Positions 37,668-53,019 of a stretch of 64,000 bases of DNA are shown one piece after another. The position numbers and the translations under genes are program-made. The notes under the pieces were generated by a model. The model saw only the letters and a program-made list of their open reading frames with translations, was not told the DNA's origin and made no database searches. The first letter of the stretch is position 1. Each line of letters opens with the position of its first letter. Source of the DNA: Octopus vulgaris (Eukaryota); the NCBI GenBank assembly GCA_951406725.2, contig OX597838.1, forward strand, positions 27,094,001-27,158,000, given 5' to 3'.

Positions 37668-39401
37668 GGCACATATATGTATATATATATAATCGTATAC
37701 ATATATATATATATATATATATATATGCATACATATATATACATATACATATGTATATATATATATATTAAGAGCTGCTGCTCCTCTTCAGAGATATGCA
37801 ATTCTAGAATAAAGACTTTCAAAGTCTTCGATAGTTTTCTTTCCAGTATTCGATTTATAAATTTTTTTTTGTTTTCCTTAAAATATACCTTGTTTTACAT
37901 TTATTTTCATTTTGTTTGTTTGTTTTTGTTTTGTTTTGTTTTGTTTTTGTTCTTTGTACTCGTGGTGGGGGAAGGAGAGGTTGGGTGTGGTCGGGAGAAG
38001 TTCGGAGTTTGTATGTAATTATGTAATTGCATATATCTTCATATAAATTGCCATCTATTATTCCATATGTACATATAAATATACATGAGTGTGTGTGTTT
38101 CTATGTTTGTATAATGGGTAGGAGTATGTTCAGAAGCATGGAATATAATATACAAACAGATTACTCATCAATTACTCATCAGACCAGATCAAATTGTTAA
38201 AATCCAATGTCCTAATCATAAGCGATCTAATCCAGCTATACCAGAGTTGACTACAGGAAATGCTCCAGTTGAGCTAAACAAAATATTTCATCTTTATCAT
38301 TTACATATATATATAGATAATAATAATAATAATAATAATAATCTTTTCTACTATAGGCACAAGACCTGAAATTTGGCAAGAGGAGACTAGTCGATTACAT
38401 GTGTGTGTGTGTGTGACAGAGAGAGAGAGAGAGAGAGCGAGAAGAGAAAGAGAAAGAGAGAGAGTGAGAAAGAGAGAGAGAAAGAGAGAGAGAAAATGAG
38501 AGAGAAAGAGAGAGAGATTATCATCATCATCATATAATGTCCATTTTCCATGCTGGCATGGGTTGGATGGTTTGATTGGAGCTGGCAAAGCTGGGACCCA
38601 CACAAGGTTCCATTGTTTGTTTTAGCATGGCTTCTACAGCTGGATGGCTTTCGGAATCCCTTTCCAGGGATGTACTGGGTGCTTTTTATGTGGTACCAGC
38701 ATCAGTATTTTTTTTACATGACGCCATCTCACCAAAACGGTTACCGAATACCTTTGCAAGACAAAGACCCCTCAACCGGAAGAGGGGAGTAAATTTGAGG
38801 CAGGGTGGCTTTGTGCTGGTTGAGAGATTAAATGTACAGTGGGACAGAGACAGGTGTCTTGCTGTAGAGTAAATACATGGATACTCCAGATGGAAGAAGA
38901 GAAAGGTGAGTGAGTTAATGTGCAAGATAAAGAGAGCAACAGTGAGCGAAACGGTGATCATTATTGTCATCATTTTAATGTCCAGTTTTGCACACTTCCA
39001 TGGGTCAGATGGAATTTGTTAAGGCAAATTTTTTTTATTGCTGGGTGCCCTTCCAGTTGCCTACCCTCACATGTTTCCAGGGAAGTTAATATTTCCTCAC
39101 AGCCAAACATGTTTTCACAGAAGATTGGAACACAAAGGATATTATTTGTGTGGTGATGAAAGGCAAAGCTGACCTCAGTGGGCTTCGAGCTCAGGATGTA
39201 AAGAGCTGAAAGAAATGTTGCTAAGCATTTTGTCTGACATGCTAATGATTTTGCTCACTTGTCATACACTTGGTTTATCGACTCCAAAAGGATGAAAGAC
39301 AAAGTCGACCTTGGTGGAATTTGATCTCAGAACGTAAGACATGAAATGCCACTAAACATTTTGCCTGGTATGCTAACAATTGTGCAGCTCTCTGCCTTAT
39401 T

Positions 39402-39520
<119 letters not shown>

Positions 39521-40136
39521 TAATAATAATAATAATAATAATAATAATCCTTTCTACTATAGGCACAAGATCTGAAATTTGGCAAGAGGAGACTAGTTGA
39601 TTACATTGACCCCAGTGTCTCACTGGTATTTAATTTATTGACCACGAAAGGATGGAAGGCAAAGTCGACCCCGGTGAAATTTGAACTCAGAACATAAAGA
39701 CGTACGAAATGTCGCTAAGCATTTTGCCCGGCATGCTAACAATTTTGCCAGCTCACCACCTTAATAATAATAATAATAATAATAATGACAGGAGCACTCT
39801 GTCGGTTATGATGATGAGGGTCCCAGCTGATACGATCAACGGAACAGCTTGCTTGTGAAATTAATGTGCAAGTGGCTGAGCACTCCACAGACACGTGTAT
39901 CCTTAACATAGTTCTCAGTGAGATTCAGCATGACACAAAGTGCCAATCAGGCAGTACTGTCATTGGCCACATCAGCAATTTTGATTTTGATTTCACTTGA
40001 CTTAATAGGTCTTCGCAAGCAAAGTTTATTGTCCAATGAATGAAGGGTATTCATAAGTGGGCTGGTTACACCCACTGTTCATAGGCCACGGGCTATGGTC
40101 TCACTTGGCTTGTCAAGTCTTCTCAAACTATTATCA

Positions 40137-40178
<42 letters not shown>

Positions 40179-40336
40179 CATCATCATCATCATTATCATC
40201 ATCAGCGTAACAGGCTGACAGAATCATTTACACTTCGGGTAAAATGCTCAGTGGCATTTTGTCCATCTTTACATCCTGAGTCCAAATTTCGACGAGATCA
40301 ACTCTGACTTTCATCCTCCCTGGGTCTATAAAATAA

Positions 40337-40416
40337 ATACCAGTTGATCGCTAGGGTCAATGTAATTGACTTACTCCCTCTCCTTGATCTGATGACTTTG
40401 TGCCAAAATTTGAAAC

Positions 40417-40455
<39 letters not shown>

Positions 40456-40580
40456 ACTTTCCTTATTTGAAGTATGTTTATTTTTACAGGACACTGTGTC
40501 ATACCAGTTGATCGCTAGGGTCAATGTAATTGACTTACTCCCTCTCCTTGATCTGATGACTTTGTGCCAAAATTTGAAAC

Positions 40581-40616
<36 letters not shown>

Positions 40617-40661
40617 ACTTTCCTTATTTGAAGTATGTTTATTTTTACAGGACACTGTGTC
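40337..40661 (+). repeat. Near-perfect ~163-bp tandem duplication
   Basis: ATACCAGTTGATCGCTAGG...(ATT)n...ACAGGACACTGTGTC occurs twice, differing in ATT count. Confidence 0.92.
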
Positions 40662-41025
40662 ATTTACAATTATTAGGTTGAATTTATTTCTGTATTGTTG
40701 CTGAACTTGTCTCCTAAATTATTTTTATGTCCCTTATTGACTCGCTGGGGGTTTTATTTTCTCAATTTATTGTGTGCAAGGGAATTTAAAGGCTCTCTTT
40801 GCTAAGGGTTTTATTACTCATGTTTTATATCTCTTAGGGACAATTACTGTCATCAGGCAATGGATCTATTTGAATTTATTGGTGTTTTCAGAGCGTGCCA
40901 ACAGTAATCTTGGTGTTATTTCTTATCCCTACGTTTACATCAGAAATAGTACCCTTCATGGCCAAAGTTGCAAATAAAAGCCATCGCATGAAATCAATAA
41001 GAAACTTTAATCTGGTTGGTTGACA

Positions 41026-41490
41026 TGCTAGAAGTAGCAACCAAGTTTCTTCTCTGAAATAAGAAACTTCAACCTGGCTGCTTGACCTGCTTGAAGTATC
41101 AACCAAATTTCTTCTCTGAAATAAGAAACTTCAACCTGGCTGCTTGACCTGCTAGAAGTAGCAACCAAATTTCTTCTCTGAAATCAGAAACTTCAGTCTA
41201 GCTGCTTGACCTGCTAGAAGTAGCAACCAAATTTCTTCTCTGAAATAAGAAACTTCAACCTGGCTGCTTGACCTGCTAGAAGTAGCAACCAAATTTCTTC
41301 TCTGAAATCAGAAACTTCAGTCTAGCTGCTTGACCTGCTAGAAGTAGCAACCAAATTTCTTCTCTGAAATAAGAAACTTCAACCTGGCTGTTTGACCTGC
41401 TAGAAGTAGCAACCAAATTTCTTCTCTGAAATAAGAAACTTCAACCTGGCTGTTTGACCTGCTAGAAGTAACAAGCAAATTTCTTCTCTG
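41026..41490 (+). repeat. 62-bp minisatellite, about 7 units
   Basis: GACCTGCTAGAAGTAGCAACCAAATTTCTTCTCTGAAATAAGAAACTTCAACCTGGCTGCTT, two alternating variants. Confidence 0.92.
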
Positions 41491-42479
41491 GAATTCACCC
41501 AGCTGTGTTAAAAGGAGGTGGAGGTATTGGATGGTGTAGTCTGAGAAATGCTACACTCATCATCACCATCATCAGTCATCATTGTTATCATCATCATCAT
41601 AATCATTTGCAGCAGCGGCATGGTTGTCCTCATAGTCATCATCATCATTGGTGTCGTCTTTGTCACCATCATCATCATCATCATTGCCACCACAATCATC
41701 ACTGTCAACATTGCCATCACCACCACCACCACCACCACCACCACCACCACCACAATCATCATTATTGTCGTCGTCGTCGTCGCATCATCATCATCATCAT
41801 CATCATCATCCTTATCATCACCACTACCATGAAAAGTAAACCTGACTTTGCAAGGATTTGAACTCTAAATATAAAAAGCCATCATTATACGTCAGACACC
41901 CAAACAGGTCTGCCAACTCACTGAGTCTATATTGGCACAGAACCACAAACTTTTATGGAAATTACATTGGTTAAATCTACCCCACCTTTTTGGTAAATCA
42001 GTGGTCATATTACCCAAGAGGGGTCAATTTTGCCTTTCATCCCTTCAGGGGTCAATAAAATAAGTACCAGTTGAGCACTGGGGTCAATGTAATTGACTTG
42101 ACTCTCCCCCAAAATTCCTGGATTAGTGTCAAAATTTAAAATTAAAACCACCCAAGTGATGGTCATGGTAAGAAGGGCAATGTCAAGATATATTGCTGGC
42201 CTTAAGGGAAGCACTCGGTTTTAATAATTTTGCACAGAGTGAATTTTGCTAAAAGCACCAAATGGCCAATTGGTGAGTTTTGATTGAAAGGAATGTGGTT
42301 TTGAAGATGTGGAAGGCAGGAGAAGGGGGAAAAAAAGGAAATAACATATAAGGAAAGAAAACCTGAAACTCAATCTTGTTAAATATCAAATTTCGGCATG
42401 GTTAAATATATCAAAGAATTTCACTTCTACAAGAGAAATCTGAAGAATATTCTTCAGGAAATTCAACTTCTTGGTCTCT

Positions 42480-42910
42480 ATTCATTATTCATCATTATCA
42501 TCATCATCATCTTCATCGTCGTCGTCGTTGTCATCATCATTGTCATTGTTGTTGTCCTCATCATCATCATCATTGTTATCATTGTCATAATCATCATCAT
42601 CATCATTGTTATCATCATCATCGTCATCGTCGTCATCATCGTCATCATCATTGTCATAATCATCATCATCATCATCATCATTGTCATCATTATTATAATA
42701 ATCATCATCATCATCCTCATCATCATTGTTATCGTCATCATCGTCATCATCGTCATCATCATCATCATTGTTGTCGTCATCATCATTATCATCATTGTCA
42801 TAATCATCATCATCATCATCATTGTTGTCATTATTATAATAATAATCATCATCATCATCCTCATCATCATTGTTATCGTCGTCGTCGTCGTCATCATCAT
42901 CATCATCATT
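42480..42910 (+). repeat. Degenerate (CAT)n tract (also 41555-41830, 46265-46385)
   Basis: Directly visible. Confidence 0.9.
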
Positions 42911-43004
42911 GTTTTAGCATTCACTTTTCTATGCTTTCATAGGTTGGATGGAGCTCATTAAAACACATTTTCTATGACCAGATGCCCTTCCTGTCACCAA
43001 CACT

Positions 43005-44080
<1,076 letters not shown>

Positions 44081-44294
44081 ATTCTTTTATTCTTTTACTT
44101 GTTTCAGTCATTTAACTGTGGCCATGCTGGAGCACAGCCTTTAGTCGAACAAATCGACCTTAGGACTTATTCATTGTAAACCTAGTATTTATTCTAATGG
44201 TCTCTTTTGCTGAACTGCTAAGTTACGGGGATGTAAAGGTACCAGCATCGGTTGTCAAGCAATGTTGGGGGAACAAATATATACACACACATAC

Positions 44295-44348
<54 letters not shown>

Positions 44349-44659
44349 TCATCATCATCATTATCGTTTAGCGTCCGCTTTCCATGCTAGCATGGGTTGG
44401 ACGGTTCAACTGGGGTCTGGGAAGCCAGAAGGCTGCACCAGGCCCAGTCTGATCTGGCAATGTTTCTACAGCTGGATGCCCTTCCTAATGCCAACCACTC
44501 CGTGAGTGTAGTGGGTGCTTTTTACATGCCACCGGCACAGGTGCTAGACGAGGCTGGCAAACGGTCACAATCGGTTGGTGCTTTTTACGTGTATATATAT
44601 ATATATATGTATATACAACAAGCTTCTTTCAGTTTCTGTCTACCAAATCCACTCACAAG

Positions 44660-44905
44660 GCTATGTCCATTCCGGTATCACTCTTGATGGTGTCAAGCCA
44701 GCGGGTTCTTGGTCGGCCTCTTCCTCTCTTGCCACTGACCATTTCAAGCATGATGTCCTTCTCCAGGGATTTTCTCCGCATAATATGACTGAAATATGCC
44801 AATCTATGCTTGGTGATCCTAGCTTCTAGCGGCATTTTCGGCCTTATCTGCTTAAGAACTTCTCCATTGGTGAGCCTCGCTGTCCATGGAATACGTAAAA
44901 GTCTA
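44660..44905 (-). mobile_element. BovB-like RTE LINE ORF C-terminal fragment
   Basis: RLLRIPWTARLTNGEVL...LAYFSHIMRRKSLEKDIMLEMVSGKRGRGRPRTRWLD. Confidence 0.85.
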
Positions 44906-45541
44906 TACGTATATATATATATATATATATATATATGCATATGTGGGCACATGACATCACAAAACGTGTACAACAGAAAAGTATGAAGCATGAGTACATG
45001 GAACATGAACTATTCTTTCAAACAATGAAAGACACAAATGTAAAACAAACCAAACAACATAAGGAACGACCCTTCATCAGTTGTTGGCTGTTTTCCTAGT
45101 CTTGTATTTCGAGCATTTAACAACAATATACACTTTCGATAAAGCTGTTGCTCCCGCAAAGCAAATTATATAAAATTTGGGATTTTGCAGAGAATCAAAA
45201 TTGGTAATACAAACAGGACAGTGAAATCAAACAGGAAGGGCTGCTAAGCCTAAACGGGGTTGTGGTGGTGAACGTGTAAATCAAGCTAGGACAGGAGACA
45301 AACAAGAACATGTCTTCCTTGTTCCAGCTACAATGAAGAAAAAGAAAGATGGCTGATGGTCACGTGGGAGCCACGTGAGCAAGGGAAGAGGAGTGAGGGA
45401 GAGAGAGTGACAGAGTGATAGAATAGTGGGAGAAGAGGAAGTAAAAGAATAAGAGAGAGAAAAAGAGAGAAAAACGAAAGAATAAAAAGATTGTGTATAT
45501 TTGTATATTTATATATATATATACACACAGATATGTTTATG

Positions 45542-45590
<49 letters not shown>

Positions 45591-46430
45591 GCAGGCACAT
45601 ATTCACAAGGAGAAACATTCCAATACACTACTATGAAAATGCCATTTATTTGTGTGGATCTCAAACAGAACCACTTATCACAATAGCAGACATTGTGGAG
45701 GTCAGATTACTTTGTGCTGTTGTTGCATTTTTCCCAGGCTCACACCCTATTCAACGTGTGTCATTACATAATATGTATTATATAATATATAATGCATATG
45801 TATACATATATATATACGTTATATACATGTGTCTGTGCATGTATTTGTGTGTGTGTGTATATATATACATATATATATATTAGTATATATATAATTGTAT
45901 TTATATGTGTGTGTATACATGCATATATATATATACGTATATATACGTGTATATATGCATACATGTGTATATAAATGTATATCTGTATAAAAAAATATAT
46001 ATTGTGTGTGTGTGTTTGTGTGTGTGTATATATATAGTAATCTCTCGCCATATTGCAGTTCACCTATCGCGGTTTATTATTTAAGCTTATACCAATTCCT
46101 ATCATGGTGTTGTTTTGCATTTATAATAAAATAAATATATATAAATGGTGGTGCCCCAGCATGGCCACAGCTTGTGAGTTGAAACTAGATAAAATTTTTT
46201 TTAAAAAATACAAATTATAACAATAATTAAAAAATATATACAAGGCAGTACTGTTTCAACTTTGCATCATCACCTTTATCATCATTGTCATCATTGTCGT
46301 TGTTGTTGTTGTCATCATCATCATCATTGTCATCATCATTGTCATCATTATTGCCATCATCATCATCGTCATCGTCATCATCATCAAGACTTTGCCTTTC
46401 ATCCTTTTACAGTTGATAAAATATTTAACA

Positions 46431-46660
46431 GGCGGCGAGCTGGCAGAAACGTTAGCACGCCGGGCGAAATGCATAGGCGTATTTCGTCTGCCGTTAGGTT
46501 CCGAGTTCAAATTCCGCCGAGGTCGACTTTGCCTTTCATCCTTTCGGGGTCGATAAATTAAGTACCAGTTACGCACTGGGGTCGATATAATCGACTTAAT
46601 CCTTTGTCTGTCCTTGTTTGTCCTCTCTCTGTTTAGCCCCTTGTGGGTAGTAAAGTAATA
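46431..46660 (+). mobile_element. Family B SINE, full-length reference copy with 16-bp TSD
   Basis: Head GGCGGCGAGCTGGCAGAAACG...GAGTTCAAATTCC; central GTCGACTTTGCCTTTCATCCTTTCGGGGTCGATAAATTAAGTACC (resembles Sauria/Meta-type SINE core from memory); TSD GATAAAATATTTAACA at 46415-46430 and 46661-46676. Confidence 0.9.
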
Positions 46661-47499
46661 GATAAAATATTTAACAGTGGAGCACTGGGGGCTGATATGA
46701 CCAACTTGCCCCCACCCCCTCCTGCAAGTTTCAGGCCTTGTGCCTATAATAGAAAGGATTATTATTGCATGCTGGTCATTTCTGCCCTGAGTTTGGAGAG
46801 AAGAGGCTTGTAGCACGGACAATTGTTGGTCAGCCATGAAACAAAAACCTTGCCCAAGCCCTGTATCCTGCATAGAAACCTACGAGGTGCAGATATATAG
46901 TGAACCCTCTCTGTCAAAGAGATTAGGGTGCTGAACCCAAAGTGAGGAATCTTTTTTCTGTTGGAAGACTGCATTGAAAATGAAATTGAGGGTGGAGAGG
47001 GAAGTGCTGCCCTCAAGTGGATGAAAGTTGCAAAAATGGCAAGAATGGATGGTACCTCTCTAAGTGTGGACCTGTGAGCCTATCTCTATTTCAGGCTTGA
47101 TAAAATAGGGTCCTATTAGACACAGCATCCAGTGTGTTATTTGACTGGTCTCTCCATCTCTGAAATTACTGGGCTTGTGCCATAATTTGTAACCGTTTTG
47201 TATGATATGTCAACCAGGTATTCTCTCCCCTACTTTTAGCATTTCAGCACTGATGGCAACTGTGCTGAAGCCTTTACAGTGTTTATTCATTTCATTGCTT
47301 TATATACTTCTTGTTCATTTGTTCTTTCATTATTCCTACACACAAGTATCCACATCATACAAATCATCCATGGATATCTGATATTATTTCAGAGTTGTGT
47401 GCTGTAAACTTAGTGTTAAGATGTTTGAAATAATCTTTACAACACCAAAGTACAATGGTTGTTTTTGTGCCCATATATATACATATATATATATGTATG

Positions 47500-47648
<149 letters not shown>

Positions 47649-47682
47649 TTGTATATATATATATATGTATATATATATGCAT

Positions 47683-47788
<106 letters not shown>

Positions 47789-48299
47789 CTGTCTTTGATT
47801 ACACTGTAATATTTTTTCTGCTCTTTCTCTCCGTTTCATCAAGCAACTTGACTTGAAAAGGTCGTAACCATTATTGTTCTTGGAATCAGTTCTTCTGTTT
47901 GTTCTGTCTTACCTTTTAGGTTTTTGTCCTTTTCTATTTCAATTGCTATTTTTGACTGTTTTGCTTAATTCTTTAGCATCATTCACCTTTGACAATGTCG
48001 TCTGGGTCGTTCAGAATTTTTCTACTAACATCTTCCACCTTTGTTCCCAAACTGTCTCTGCCTCTTATGGTAAGCCCGTCATCAGCTTCCGAACCAAGAT
48101 TTCAAGATGGTGGTTTCTTTTGTTATTTTGTTTGTTGTTTATTTGAGACATGGCTATGTGGTAAGAAGCTTGCTTCCCAACCGCATGGTTCTGGGTTCTG
48201 GGTTCAGTCCCACTGCATAGCACTTTGGGCAAGTGTCATCTACTATGGCCTCAAGCAGAGCTTTGTGAGTGGATATACTAGATAGAAACTGAAAAAAAC

Positions 48300-48338
<39 letters not shown>

Positions 48339-48655
48339 CATACATATGTGTATATGTATATGGTTCTATTCAATTTGACGGCCAGATTTTTTAATTCATT
48401 TTTTCTAACTAAACACTTTGAAACTTCGGAGACTGGTAGAATGTGTCACATAGAACAGGTTTTACTCTTAACGCTTTTGACATAATTTTGTATTTTAGAA
48501 GTTATTTCGTGTTAAAGTTGTCGCATTGGGTAATTTTAACCAATCAATGACATGTATTCAGCTGAAGAAAATTACTGCTGCAGTTTGCAAACAACTTCTG
48601 GGTCCTGCGCAATTTAATTAACACCTGCATGATTTTCACTAAGAAAAAAAAACAC

Positions 48656-48709
<54 letters not shown>

Positions 48710-48834
48710 GAGATTCAGTTGAATTTAGGTACTTAACTTGAAGCACTAAGTTAGTGCGGTATTATCCATACAACTCAAAGGTGAATAAAATCAAAATAAG
48801 CCACAGGATATCAAGAGGTGATGCAGTACGACCA

Positions 48835-49140
48835 TTTCAAAATCCTTGAAAAGTTATTCAAAATTTTCATCAAAATTCTTGAAAAAGCTTTTCAAAATTT
48901 TCATTAACATCCTGGAAAACTTTTTCCAAATTTTCATCAAAATCCTTGAAAAAGTTTCTCCAAATTTTCATCAAAACGTTTGATGAAGATCTTTGATCAA
49001 AATGATTCATGAAAATGTTAGATGAAGATGTTCAACGAAAATGTTTGGTGAAAATGTTTCATGAAAATGGTTCACGAAAATGTTTGATGAAATTATTTGA
49101 CGAAAGTGTTTGATGAAGACGTATGATAAAAATGTTTGAC
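48835..49140. repeat. Short degenerate repeats in two oppositely oriented blocks
   Basis: TTTTCATCAAAATCCTTGAAAA units, then AAAATGTTTGATGAA units; probably the interior of a DNA transposon. Confidence 0.55.
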
Positions 49141-49589
49141 CTGAGTTTGCACCCCTAAGCAAATCCTGTTCCCGGGTCACTGGCCTGTTTATTAGTCCCA
49201 ATGTGCCACAAACATATTTGAAGAGAGATGTATTTAACCCTTTGAATACCAACCACCTGTGATTGGTTCTGGTTCTATGACACAAATTTCCTTGTTTTAA
49301 AATGATGCAAATCAACAAGAGCCGTGGACTGACCAATGCTTTCTGAGTAAATTTGATAGATGGAAACTGTGTGGAAGCATTTATGCATTTATACATATCA
49401 CTGCTTAGGGTTAGGGTTCATAATACATGGTTAATTACTTCATAATACATGGTTAATTCAAAACAATGTGAATAAAATAAGCATGGCATTTGACAGAGTA
49501 ATCTGGATGCTGAAGGGTTAAATCTGCTTTTGAAATGATCTGGCAGAAGGCTCTATGGAAGGTAACGACAGCAACAGGTGTAAAGCTCT

Positions 49590-49770
49590 AGAGAGTGTGG
49601 ATTACACGGGGGCTATACAACAATACTGATGGTAGAATGATGATGGAAGATTAGCTGACAGATTGGTTTGAAGTATGCATAGGTATCAGACAAGGTTGTC
49701 TGCTCTGTCCACTGTTTTCGTAATTTTTTTGGGGTGGGGAATTTGTCATGAAAAAGCTGAAAGATGTGGA
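49590..49770 (+). mobile_element. Old non-LTR reverse-transcriptase fragment
   Basis: Translates to LTDWFEVCIGIRQGCLLCPLF (GVRQGxxLSP motif). Confidence 0.7.
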
Positions 49771-49820
49771 TAACTGCTCTTCAAAAATATTAAATATGGC
49801 AATAACACAACCCTACATGT

Positions 49821-49859
<39 letters not shown>

Positions 49860-51246
49860 CATGTGTGTCTTTATGCATGTGTGCATACTCTTGTCTTTAC
49901 ATCATGTGACGATTGTAAATGAGTGTCACCGTCATACAAGCGGTGTTGTTCATGTTCCATGCAAAACATGTCTGGCCTTAGGGAAATGTTACTTCCCTTG
50001 GAAATAGATGAGGGTTGGCAACAACCCTCAGTGCATCTGAGCATTGTATACAATAAGTTCATTTATATTATAACAAGAAGGACGTCTAACCTTAGAAACT
50101 CCATCTTAAAGCATTCTGTCTTTCCCATGGAAACATGGAAAACTGAGCATGGCGATGACGACGACGACGGTGACGACAATGTCTTGTACTTTTAATCAAC
50201 TGTTTACAATATAATCATACATTAACAAATAGATTTTATTCTCGTTTATAATCATCAATGAACCAAACTGGTGGATAGTAGCAACTCACAAGAAGCTACC
50301 ATCGTTTTACTCAATCAGCAGGTGGTAGTTTAATCAACAAGACCGAGAATAATGTAGTCTCTACTATAAAAAAAAAAATTAAAAAAACAATAGCTGAACA
50401 TGAAAAATATATAATGGTAGCCATTCCTGTTTACTCTGCATGAGTCTTTGGCTTTGACTACTATTACAGTCTTTCTTCTCTTGTCTGATGGTCTTCATTT
50501 TTTTCATCTTTCTCTGAAAGATTGTCGTGCACCTAAGCAAGTTAAATGTTTGTGATATGAGACTTCCTGAAACCACCCTCGGTTCTGTCATACAAATTCC
50601 CTGTTTTAAAGCAATCTAAATTATAGCCTTCCATCGAAATTTTATGTTCAAAATACCAACTTAATAATTGACAAAGCTCTTCTAATAAATTCTTCGTTAT
50701 TTTTCCAAATTAATTGAAACAAAGACAGTGTGTTTTGAAAGAAATAGTTAACAAAAGGGTTAACCCCTTTGATACAAACTCACTTCGAACCACCCTTGGT
50801 TGTATGATACAAATTCTCTGCTTTTAAAGTGATCAAAATCAAAACTTCCCATCAAAATTTCATAGATTCATGTTTCATAATTTTTGTTCCAAGCCCGAGC
50901 TTATAAATGACCAAGTAATTTCACTATATTTGTCATTATTTTCAAAATTAAATGAAATATGATATCAAAAAGGTCAACTCCTTTGATTCTAACCTGCCTG
51001 AGACCAAAAGAAGCTTTGGTTCTGTAATAGAAGTTTCCTTGTTTTAAAGTGATCTAAATGAAGACCTTCCATCAAAATTTTATGTTAATTCATGTTCCAA
51101 ACACCAGCTTAATAATAATATTAATAGGGTGTCCAACCCATGCTAGCATGGAAAACAGACGCTAAACGATGATGATGATGATGATGATGATTTACTAAAT
51201 TTCTAATTATTTTCAAAATTAATTGAAACAAAAGCAGTTCTAATAT

Positions 51247-51910
51247 GAGGAGCTTACTTTCAAAACCAGTAGAAGTGCATATCTTATTTCTTATTTCTTT
51301 ATTGCCCACAAGGGGCTAAACATAGAGGGGACAAACAAGGACAGACAAATGGATTAAGTTGATTATATCGACCCCAGTGCGTAACTGGTACTTAATTTAT
51401 CAACCCCGAAAGGATGAAAAGCAAAGTCGACCTCAGCGGAATTTGAACTCAGAACATAATGGCAGACGAAATACCTATTTCTTTACTACCCACAAGAGGC
51501 TAAACACAGAGGGCACAAACAAGGACAGACAAACGGATTAAGTCGATTATATCGATCCCATAGTGTAACTGGTACTTATTTTATTGACCCCAAAAGGATG
51601 AAAAGCAAAGTCGACCTTGGCAGAATTTGAACTCAGAACGCAACAGTGGACGAAATACCACAAAGCATTTCGCCCGGCGTGCTAAGGTTTCTGCTCACTG
51701 CCTTGCATATCTGGTTGATTTCATGATAACCATTAAAACACAATTTACTTCATGCACATGAAATTTATTTTCAGTCAAACTGGGATAGATGCCATACAGA
51801 CAGTAGGCAAATCTTAGTCTTCCAATCAAAATCAGAAATATTCAAGTTGTTTCCTCAATTACTCAAAAATCCTTCTGGTGCATATCTCTACTTTCGAAAG
51901 TAAGTTCTTC
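51247..51910. mobile_element. Second GAGGAGC-TIR MITE interrupted by a minus-strand family B dimer (51285-51703)
   Basis: Matches 28798-29048; SINE flanked by TSD TGCATATCT (51276-51284, 51704-51712). Confidence 0.85.
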
Positions 51911-53019
51911 ATATATAAAAATCGATCTCACTTGGTATGTATTGTTTTGAGTATAAGCATATGCAATAAATACAGATTGCTGTTGTAAACTTATTTATAA
52001 TAATCTAATTTTTAGTAATATAACATCCAGCAATTGTCTGCCATTATATTTTCATTCCAGGATCCTTGTAAGCCAGTTTCAAAGATTTGCTATCCAGGTA
52101 AAATCTCCCTCTTTGTTCATTACTAACTGCACCAAAATTTTCAAAGTAAAAATCCAGGTGTGACTATAAGAAATGTAATTTAGATGTCTTGTGAAAACCC
52201 AGGTAATGAATAGCACTTGTTAGAGCGAACAAAATGCTTGTGGTTTATGTTTCAATTCGCTATTCTTTGAGTTCAAATCCCATTGCAGACATCTTTGCCC
52301 TTCACCATTTCGGGGCCCCGTAAAATAAAGTAGCAATCCAAGACAATGGATGGAAAGAATTGTTAGAAGAGCAGATGAGACATGCTTTGTGGTATTTGTT
52401 CTGGCATTATGAGTTCTGTGTTCTTTGATGGTAGTTTGCATCCTTTACCCAGTTTGACTCCGCCACCTGATCCTTGGGTGCCTTTGGCCGGGTATCTTCT
52501 GTTGCAAGTATTTAGGGCAGGCCTATAATTTGAGAATACTATCCTCCCTTTTTCCTAACAGACTTGGAGGCCCCTGGAAAAATAAAGGGCTATGAATGCT
52601 GTCATTTCCTTCTAAAAATAAATAGCTAATACGAAAAGAAAAAATGCCTTTCATTACTTCAATCAGTTTCTCAATTGGGAAACCTGTAATTCCTTGAGAA
52701 ATTGGCACTGACTGATTTGAAGAAATGTCAAGCTTTTAGCAGTCAGGTTCTGTGAGTGCATCATCAAAGGGTTTATCTTTTAATCCTTCTTTGATTACAG
52801 GCATTAATAGCTCCCTCTTTAATTTTGGCTTGAAATTTTAGCATCAGGCCAGCAATTTGCGGGGAGGGGTGAGTCAATCCACTAGTTCTTATTTTATTAA
52901 ACCCAAAAGGATGAAAGGCAAAGCTGATCTCAGCAGAATTTGAATTCAAAGCACGAAGCCTGACAAAATGCCACTAAACATTTTGCCTGGTGTGCTAACG
53001 ATTCTGCTTGCTCAATTCC

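Noticed and set aside
45060-45160. Minus-strand CTGATGA and GCTCGAAA as a hammerhead
   Set aside because: Order and stems do not give a convincing fold; possibly a decayed relative of the 28-kb elements.
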